DNA of 63,167 nt, counting the filler, from Octopus bimaculoides (taxonomy: Eukaryota), in NCBI RefSeq assembly GCF_001194135.2. It is 4 parts of 4 records of this genome, joined end to end, with 100 filler letters (N's around TTAATTAATTAA, not from the genome) between each part and the next. Parts side by side here need not be neighbours in the genome. Positions count along the whole stretch, not along the records: positions 43,417 to 60,759 come from NC_068998.1; positions 60,860 to 63,167 come from NC_068988.1; 2 more parts are not named here. One strand, given 5' to 3'. Under the pieces are notes generated by a model. That model was given only the letters and a program-made list of their open reading frames with translations. It did not search any database and was not told the DNA's origin. Of this stretch, positions 54,204 through 63,167 are shown in pieces (position 1 is the stretch's first letter; every line of letters begins with the position of its first letter). The position numbers were made by a program, and so were the translations under genes.

Positions 54204-54531
54204 NNNNNNNNNNNNNNNNNNNNNNNNNNNNNNNNNNNNNNNNNNNNNNNNNNNNNNNNNNNNNNNNNNNNNNNNNNNNNNNNNNNNNNNNNNNNNNNNN
54301 NNNNNNNNNNNNNNNNNNNNNNNNNNNNNNNNNNNNNNNNNNNNNNNNNNNNNNNNNNNNNNNNNNNNNNNNNNNNNNNNNNNNNNNNNNNNNNNNNNNN
54401 NNNNNNNNNNNNNNNNNNNNNNNNNNNNNNNNNNNNNNNNNNNNNNNNNNNNNNNNNNNNNNNNNNNNNNNNNNNNNNNNNNNNNNNNNNNNNNNNNNNN
54501 NNNNNNNNNNNNNNNNNNNNNNNNNNNNNNN

Positions 54532-54592
<61 letters not shown>
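54532..54592. repeat. (CT)n microsatellite at a gap edge
   Basis: Read directly. Confidence 0.95.
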
Positions 54593-54606
<14 letters not shown>

Positions 54607-55149
54607 CACCCTTTTTGGCATGGTTGAGTGGCTAATAAATTTTTGCTTAGCATCCATGGTTCCTGGTTCGTACCCACTGCGAGACAATTTTGAAAATGTT
54701 CATTCGTTTCTATACTTTAATATCTATATTTTAATATCTGTACATGTTCTTTGCAGTTTAATTAGAATCAAAACGCGATACGTTTATTAATTACCTCCAT
54801 CACAAGACAGAGAAAATTTATAACGAATGCAAGAAGGATGAGAAAATATTGAATTCCTTTTTCTTTTTGTATATGTGTATGCATATGCAAGCGTGTCAGT
54901 GTGAGTGCGCATGTGTGTGTTTACAAGCGTATGTCTCACTGTGAGCATTTTTCCAATATATGTCGGTGACAGTTACAAATAACGGTAGAGAAACAAAGAT
55001 ACAAAGATACAAAGCTCTGGCTTTGCAATGTAGATAACAAAAACAAAATCACGTTTTGATTTTGAGAAAAGTCTTACATATATTTACTGTTCCACTTACA
55101 GACTGCACTTGTAATGTGCGAGTTAGTTGGTTGATTTTTTTCTTTATAA

Positions 55150-55250
55150 TAGAAGACACTTGCCCAAGGGGCAATGCAGTGGAACTGAACTCGGAACCAT
55201 GTGCTTGGTAAGCAAGTAACTTACCACACGGCCACTCCCGCGCCTATAAA
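55150..55250 (-). mobile_element. SINE family B head
   Basis: AGAAGACACTTGCCCAAGG...CTTACCACACGGCCACTCC. Confidence 0.88.
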
Positions 55251-55508
55251 AACTTTTAACTACGTCTCCTATAATTTCTGGAAGAGATTTGAAACCGCCA
55301 CCAATGTGTTGTATTACTACTTCTCAACACTCCTGCCTACTAGGCCACCGAAGCAGCAACATATATAAAATGTCGTATTTAAACGACATTTAAGGCGCAC
55401 TGCTATGTTTTTTTCCCCAAAAAACAATTACTTAAAATTACCTCTGGTCCCATTTATGAAGTTGGGCCTATATTACATTCTTTGATGCACTAAAAATTGT
55501 TTTTTCCT

Positions 55509-55873
55509 GTGGCTGTGTGGTAAGTAGCTTGCTTACCAACCACATGGTTCCGGGTTCAGTCCCACTGCGTGGCACTTTGGGCAAGTGTCTTCTACTATAG
55601 CCTCGGGCCGACCAAAGCCTTGTGAGTGGCTTTGGCAGACGGAAACTGAAAGAAGCCCGTCGTATATATGTATATAGATGTATGCGTGTGCATATGTTGT
55701 GTATCTGTGTTTGTCCCCCCCCCCAACATCGCTTGACAACTCTAACTTAGCGGTTCGGCAAAATAGAATAAGTACTAGGCTTACAAAGAATAAGTCCTGG
55801 GGTCGATTTGATTCGACTAAAGGTGGTTCTTCAGCATGGCCGCACTCAAATGACTGTGACAAGTAAAAGAGTA
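55509..55873 (+). mobile_element. SINE family B, near complete
   Basis: GTGGCTGTGTGGTAAG...GGGTTCAGTCCC head, CORE-like TTGGGCAAGTGTCTT, internal microsatellite, AAGTAAAAGAGTA tail. Confidence 0.95.
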
Positions 55874-56471
55874 TGAGCTGCTAAAATTGGGGTGCGTCTA
55901 ACGTACCCGTGCGTCTTTTATGCCATCAAAAGTAGCATACATTTTAGAGTGATAGTGTACCTTAAGAATCTAGACAGCGTAAGGAAGCTACTGCCATCAC
56001 ATCTCTAAATTCAGTGCGTAAGATATACAATTTAAAAAGAACGGTATGTTATTAATTGTCTTTTGTGTTCTTGTTGCTATCATAGACTTCCTTTCAACCC
56101 CTGCACCGAGAACCAATCAATGAAAAACTCACCAGTTATTCAATGCTGACACTGCGTGAGATGTGCGAGTTTTTACCTGCACACCGCTTCCATTTATTCA
56201 TATATTAAAGGTAGGTGACGGTGCAGAACCACATTGGGAGTTAATTATCTTCTTGGACGTAGACGACAGAATAGTAACAAGGAAGCAAAACGATCCATTC
56301 ACCTTCCACCTTCCACCCACCACCTTTCACCTTTCACCTTTCACCTTCGTCTTCCACAATTCACAAGTTACAGATTGTTCGGTCCGTAAATTAATATCGC
56401 TTCGACTCTACCGTTTTTCAACTTCTTACTCATCAGGAACTTTAATGATAAAATCTGAATAGCTGTGTGTC

Positions 56472-56546
56472 GTTGTGGTTGTTGTGGTTGTTGTGGTTGT
56501 TGTGGTTGTTGCGGTTGTTGTGGTTGTTGTGGTTGTTGTGGTTGTT
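56472..56546. repeat. (GTTGTGGTT)n 9-bp tandem repeat
   Basis: Read directly. Confidence 0.9.
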
Positions 56547-56580
56547 GCTGCAGTTGTCATGGCTTTTGTTGTTGTAGTTA

Positions 56581-56750
56581 TTTAACCCCAATCAAGTCTG
56601 ATCGAGCAGACCCATAATCAAAGGTATTCTTGCCATGATCATACACTTTTAACCTATCTGTAAGGACCACAATATCCAAAGTCTTCTTTTCTAAGACGGC
56701 AGGATGTAGTTTTGATTGCTATTTCTAGCAGGTCGTATTACCATGTACAG
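56581..56750 (+). repeat. Interspersed repeat family D, longest copy
   Basis: CTGATCGAGCAGACC...GCTATTTCTAGCAGGTCG; pieces match 12865, 18735, 32575 and 3845. Confidence 0.65.
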
Positions 56751-58134
56751 ACGCCTTCGCTGGGTCGAAGCGTGTGCTACTGTACTGTAAGATGAAGTGG
56801 AATCCGACGTAAGGGATGAGGTCCTTCATCGAAGAAACACAAGCTTTTATTTCCTCTTCCTTGTTCAACAAGTTCCTGAGAATTTCGTACCAAAGTGGTC
56901 TTAAGAAGAGCATCGTCGCGAAGACTAAAAATAGAAAGAAAAAAACAGTTAAGGAACAGAAAATGCACACGACTGCTTACGTTCTGCGGCAACCAGGTTA
57001 TTGGTAAACATAAGCGCCATTTGGTCAACTGTGCTGCCTTTGAAGATTGTCATGCCATGAACACTGCGAGAACATAGAACGAGTGAAAGATACGTCGACA
57101 CACGAGCGATAAATAAAGGGCAAATTACCCAAAACTATGCAATAAGAACAGGACATCACCAACGAGTGAAAAATACGTAAAAACATACTGAGAGATAAGT
57201 ACGGGACGAAATACCTCAAGGAAGAAATTTAGGGTTTGTATCATTCTTATAATTTTACTTACCTATCTATACCAGGGGTGGGGAAACCCCCACGAGCCCA
57301 TTTTATTTCGCCCCCAGGCTGATATACTCGTATGAACAAAATATAGTAAATTTTTCATTTATAAAATTTATACACTATTCGTGCGCCTATTTGCGACGTA
57401 GGTCGCGTTTCCAATACGACTTAAAACGGTTAGACTCGAACAGAAATCGTCCGGTATTTGCCATTTGAATAGAAATATTGTTTTCACTATAAAACACAAA
57501 TTGCTAGATTTGTACCACCCGCTTGAGACCCAACTACATCCTAGCTGAAAAATGTAGAAGACTTCATGAGTAATATAAACGTCCTAAAATCAGTGGCGGT
57601 GTTAATGAGATGTTACGCGTTAATTTTATGTCTTAAACTTATTTTTATTAATAAATATCGAATTATACAAAGATATATACAAGATTTATACAGATATAAG
57701 AGTTAGANNNNNNNNNNNNNNNNNNNNNNNNNNNNNNNNNNNNNNNNNNNNNNNNNNNNNNNNNNNNNNNNNNNNNNNNNNNNNNNNNNNNNNNNNNNNN
57801 NNNNNNNNNNNNNNNNNNNNNNNNNNNNNNNNNNNNNNNNNNNNNNNNNNNNNNNNNNNNNNNNNNNNNNNNNNNNNNNNNNNNNNNNNNNNNNNNNNNN
57901 NNNNNNNNNNNNNNNNNNNNNNNNNNNNNNNNNNNNNNNNNNNNNNNNNNNNNNNNNNNNNNNNNNNNNNNNNNNNNNNNNNNNNNNNNNNNNNNNNNNN
58001 NNNNNNNNNNNNNNNNNNNNNNNNNNNNNNNNNNNNNNNNNNNNNNNNNNNNNNNNNNNNNNNNNNNNNNNNNNNNNNNNNNNNNNNNNNNNNNNNNNNN
58101 NNNNGCCAGAGTTGAAGGTAAGGTGAGAGGGACA

Positions 58135-58258
58135 ATGATGACGAGGACGGTGTAGGGTTGAGATTGTGACACTATGAATATGATAATGATGGCGATGATG
58201 ATGATGATGATGATGATGACGATCATTATATTGATGATGACGTTAATGAATGTCATAG

Positions 58259-58299
<41 letters not shown>

Positions 58300-58690
58300 G
58301 TCACCTTAATGACGGTTGTCGGGTAAGTAGTTAATTGTGATAATGATAAATATGACGACGACAATGACGAGAACGAGGACGAGGAAGATGATGATGACGA
58401 TGATGATGATGATGATGATGATAGCGATGATGATGATGATGATGACGATGATGGCGACGGTGATGGTGGTGGTGGTGGTGATGACGAGGGCGGCAATGAT
58501 CATTAATGACGTTGAGAAAAGCGACAACACCAACGACCAGCCACAGCAAGCACCACTACCACTACAACCACCACCACCGCCACCACCGCCACCACCATCT
58601 CCACTATCACCTTCACCGTACTAACATTACTACCACCACCACCACCACCACCACCACCACCACTACCAACAACAACAACAACAACACTAG
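58135..58690. repeat. Compound trinucleotide tract (GAT/GAC/ACC/AAC)
   Basis: Read directly. Confidence 0.93.
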
Positions 58691-59601
58691 TACTGCTGTC
58701 ATAACCAAAGACTCGTGAGTNNNNNNNNNNNNNNNNNNNNNNNNNNNNNNNNNNNNNNNNNNNNNNNNNNNNNNNNNNNNNNNNNNNNNNNNNNNNNNNN
58801 NNNNNNNNNNNNNNNNNNNNNNNNNNNNNNNNNNNNNNNNNNNNNNNNNNNNNNNNNNNNNNNNNNNNNNNNNNNNNNNNNNNNNNNNNNNNNNNNNNNN
58901 NNNNNNNNNNNNNNNNNNNNNNNNNNNNNNNNNNNNNNNNNNNNNNNNNNNNNNNNNNNNNNNNNNNNNNNNNNNNNNNNNNNNNNNNNNNNNNNNNNNN
59001 NNNNNNNNNNNNNNNNNNNNNNNNNNNNNNNNNNNNNNNNNNNNNNNNNNNNNNNNNNNNNNNNNNNNNNNNNNNNNNNNNNNNNNNNNNNNNNNNNNNN
59101 NNNNNNNNNNNNNNNNNNNNNNNNNNNNNNNNNNNNNNNNNNNNNNNNNNNNNNNNNNNNNNNNNNNNNNNNNNNNNNNNNNNNNNNNNNNNNNNNNNNN
59201 NNNNNNNNNNNNNNNNNNNNNNNNNNNNNNNNNNNNNNNNNNNNNNNNNNNNNNNNNNNNNNNNNNNNNNNNNNNNNNNNNNNNNNNNNNNNNNNNNNNN
59301 NNNNNNNNNNNNNNNNNNNNNNNNNNNNNNNNNNNNNNNNNNNNNNNNNNNNNNNNNNNNNNNNNNNNNNNNNNNNNNNNNNNNNNNNNNNNNNNNNNNN
59401 NNNNNNNNNNNNNNNNNNNNNNNNNNNNNNNNNNNNNNNNNNNNNNNNNNNNNNNNNNNNNNNNNNNNNNNNNNNNNNNNNNNNNNNNNNNNNNNNNNNN
59501 NNNNNNNNNNNNNNNNNNNNNNNNNNNNNNNNNNNNNNNNNNNNNNNNNNNNNNNNNNNNNNNNNNNNNNNNNNNNNNNNNNNNNNNNNNNNNNNNNNNN
59601 N

Positions 59602-59656
59602 GGATTTGCTAGACGGAAACTAAAAGAAGCCCGTCGTATATATATATATACGTATG

Positions 59657-59693
<37 letters not shown>

Positions 59694-59895
59694 TTGTCCC
59701 CCCCCCCCAACATCGCTTGACAACCGATGCTGGTGTGTTTACGTCCCCGTAAGTTAGCGGTTCGGCAAAAGATACCGCTAGAATAAGTACTAGGCTCACA
59801 AAGAATAAGTCCTGGGGTCGATTTGCTCGACTAAAGGCGGTGCTCCAGCATGGCCGCAGTCAAATGACTGAAACAAGTAAAAGAGTAAAAGAGTA
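59602..59895 (+). mobile_element. SINE family B, 5' end in gap
   Basis: Near-identical to the 36805 copy. Confidence 0.94.
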
Positions 59896-59954
59896 TATCT
59901 ACTACCAACAACAACAACTACTACTACTACTAGTACTGCTATCACTACTACTAT

Positions 59955-60004
<50 letters not shown>

Positions 60005-60272
60005 TTACTATTATGACTACTCTTCTACTACCACCAACACAACTATGATAATGTCCACAGACAATACCAACAACATTAACTACTACCGCACTACCACCAC
60101 CACCACACCACAACCACCACCAATAACAACAACAACAATAAAAGGAGCAGTAATACTAACACTTCCACCACAACCACCACCACCAATACTAACAAATGCC
60201 ACAACTAAAACTACTACTACTAACTACTACTACTACTGCTACTACTACTACTACTACTACTACTGCTGCTGC
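59896..60272. repeat. Compound (ACT/AAC/ACC/GCT) tract
   Basis: Read directly. Confidence 0.93.
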
Positions 60273-60759
60273 NNNNNNNNNNNNNNNNNNNNNNNNNNNN
60301 NNNNNNNNNNNNNNNNNNNNNNNNNNNNNNNNNNNNNNNNNNNNNNNNNNNNNNNNNNNNNNNNNNNNNNNNTATATACATATATATATATGTGTGTATG
60401 TATGTATGTATGTATATATATACATGTATGTATGTGTATAGATGCATGCATGCATACATACATACACAATATATGGATAGGTAACATTAAGGAGATTGAT
60501 AGAATGTTTATAAGACTACACCAACATAAAATGACACGCACACACACAGTCATATACACACACTACACACACACACGCGCGCACGTATATCCACACGCAT
60601 CCATGGACGCATCCACGCACGCATCCACACCTACATGCATTCAGCTATATAGATATATGAGATTGGTGGGGGGGGGCTATTAAATTAATGCTTAGATAGA
60701 TCCATTGAAGTGTGTAGGTTGTTGTTGTTGTTGCTGTTGTTGTTAGCGGTGGTGTAGAG

Positions 60760-60859
60760 NNNNNNNNNNNNNNNNNNNNNNNNNNNNNNNNNNNNNNNNN
60801 NNNTTAATTAATTAANNNNNNNNNNNNNNNNNNNNNNNNNNNNNNNNNNNNNNNNNNNN
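60760..60859. other. Artificial scaffold-join spacer N44-TTAATTAATTAA-N44
   Basis: Counted directly. Confidence 0.95.
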
Positions 60860-61129
60860 CGACACCACTAATTGGAATACTTGACACATTATTATTTAAC
60901 ATAAGAGCGTAGCCTGGAAGAAACATGGATTACATGGAAAAATGTGAGCAAGAGAAATAATATTCTTAAGATTATAAATCTGAAAAAGTACAGGACACAA
61001 GTTATTAAAATGGTAAAATACAGAACAAGAAACTTTTTACTTAAAATATTGCAGCTAAGGATAAAATTTGAATATTAAAAATTACTTGATTTTAATTTAC
61101 AAAGTAACACTATAGTTTAAAACGTACCA

Positions 61130-61615
61130 TCATTTTGTCGAGATACTGACACACTAGAGGTGTAGGAGTTGAGTGGGAATCCGTGTGGGATTCGTGTCAA
61201 ATGAAGAGAGGAGGTGTGGCTGATGTCAGAGGAAGAGAGGATGTAAGTTGGGCTGAGAGGAGCAAAATAACGAAGAGAGAAGATTAAAATCTGTTCACGG
61301 CGAAGGCGGGAGTTCGGATAGACCCTGTGCTGAGACAGTCCGAACACAGACAGATATTGTAGCGAATGACCGGTATAGCGGATAAAGCGCGTGACCGGGA
61401 TGTCACTGCCGAGTCTGATATCCTGTAGTGCTCCGCGAACCACTCAGTCAAGCGGTTTCCCGTTTGACCAATGTACAGAGAAGGACAGAGAAAGCAGGAG
61501 ATGCAGTAAATGACATGACTAGTATTGCGGTTAATGAGTCGGTGAAGTAATAGGGACGGTGATGGGTGCCTGTGAGTATAGTGGTGTTGGAGAGGTAGGG
61601 ACAGGTGTGACAAAT
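61130..61615 (-). mobile_element. Penelope-like (Neptune-type) GIY-YIG endonuclease remnant + pyrimidine-rich 3' region
   Basis: TCPYLSNT, NTSHVIYCISCFLCPSLYIGQTGNRLTEWFAEH, DIRLGSDIPV...GHS..LSVFGL...RREQILIFSL; frameshifted. Confidence 0.9.
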
Positions 61616-61747
61616 ATATGTATGTATATGTATACGTATATATGTAGATTCGCACATAAACATATACACATGTATATGTATGTGTATGTGTGTGCATATA
61701 TATATACATGTATGTATATATATATATGTTTGTATATATATATATAT

Positions 61748-61785
<38 letters not shown>

Positions 61786-62729
61786 GTGTGTATGTGTGTC
61801 TGTGTCTGTGTACATATATGTACATATCTACTTATATATCGCTGTCTCTAGCGACCGAGTGACCCTCATTGACAAGACCAAACAAGGTCGAAATCACGTC
61901 ATCTGATGGTCTCGGCGCTGGAGATAACGGGAAATTATCTCCCTGCTAGCGATAGAAAAAGAGGGCATTTTTCACCAGAAAGCCAATATGAAAGTTTCTC
62001 TGGAGGTAACTATCGCAACAAAGCTCATTCTAATCGAACATTCACGTTTAAGCTGGGATAAATATTCTTTTTCGGTATTAATACAGCCTCTGACGCTAAT
62101 TTGTGTATATATATAATTGATGGTTGTCAATTTGTTTCTTGATGAAGAATTTTCTCCATTATTTGCTTAATTAAAATTTGATTCCTGATAAACTCTTGTT
62201 TATCTTTGTTATTGCCTGTATCCTATAAGCATAGTGTGATTGCATACCCAAGCCTAGGGTCAACATAGGTAATTTATATCGGTAATAAAAACGGATATTC
62301 TTACACCTTAGACGGTTATCTCAACCGCTAACTCTACTATCCACATGTGTGTGTGTGTGTGTGTGTATACTTAGAAGGCTGTTTCTTATGGATGGTCAGA
62401 GAGTTACCATTGTCTTCGCACTAATAATATTCTTAGCTGTTTTGGCGACTCGTCAAACTTTTTTCTGTTTATAACCTTAACTGAACTTGATTGAATCCTT
62501 CCTCTGCTTGTAGAGAGGTTATGTATCTCCGGCCAACGAGTCTGGCGAGTTGCCCATCAGCTAAGAAGAGCTTTATAGGTGCGAAACCAAATGTCACCCT
62601 CCGACCAGCCATAACAATCAACCATCTAAATATTAGCACTCCAAAATTTTTTGAGTATGGTTCTTTTTCGGATATATGAAGTACTGACATATATATTCAT
62701 ATATATGTGTATGTATGTATATATATATA

Positions 62730-63167
62730 AAGGTTTTCAGAGTACTTGTCAGAGAATTGCTCTATGCTGATGATGCGGACTTGCTGGCACACACAGAGGA
62801 AGATATGCAACATTTAATGAATAGATTTTCCGCTGCATGTACATATTTTGGACTCACAGTAAGTCTGAGAAAAACCAAGGTAATGTTTACCCCCACACCT
62901 GGACAAATATATACTGAACCAAACATCTTTGTGAACGGAACAAGATTAGAAGTCATTGACACCTTTGTTTACCTTGGAACCACACTGTCAAGGGATGGTG
63001 GTCTTGATGCAGAAATATACCATCGAATAGCGAAGGGAAGTGCTGCATTTGGAAAGCTTGAAAAGCGAGTATGGGCTGATAGAGATATCTCCCTGCAGAC
63101 GAAAATCAGCATCTACAAAGCGTGTGTATTGACTACACTTCTTTATTCAGGCGAAACATGGACCACT
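62730..63167 (+). mobile_element. RTE-clade LINE RT, 5'-truncated, open to the window end
   Basis: 146 stop-free codons: RELLYADDA, FGLTVSLRKTKVM, FVYLGTTLS, EIYHRIAKGSAAFGKL, TKISIYKACVLTTLLYSGETWT. Confidence 0.95.

Noticed and set aside
57243-57260. hAT-like terminus CAGGGGTGGGGAA (also a Tc1/pogo-like end near 55890-55935)
   Set aside because: No matching second TIR or transposase found in the window.

Overview
AT-rich, repeat-saturated, non-coding eukaryotic DNA. The SINE families resemble those I know from Octopus, so a cephalopod origin (probably O. bimaculoides) is an inference. I cannot identify any host gene with confidence; the best candidate is one 108-nt frame-preserving exon on the + strand. 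Almost every ORF in the supplied track is an artefact of microsatellites or N gaps. Three identical N44-TTAATTAATTAA-N44 spacers show that at least four scaffolds were joined here. The recognisable content is mobile DNA: (1) three tRNA-derived SINE families, called A, B and C here; (2) three diverged Tx1/L1-clade LINE 3' fragments; (3) two R4/Dong-like restriction-endonuclease (RLE) LINE fragments; (4) a stop-free RTE-clade RT fragment running off the window end; (5) four Penelope-like remnants plus hammerhead-ribozyme-like motifs; (6) mariner and Tigger/pogo relics. I found no convincing new protein-coding system. The strongest new-looking signals concern retroelement biology: a SINE whose 3' tail matches the 3' UTR of the Tx1-clade LINE, modular head/tail exchange among SINEs, a type I hammerhead with all core nucleotides intact, an RLE LINE embedded in CATA/CA repeats, a long fold-back hairpin, and a family-specific strand bias.
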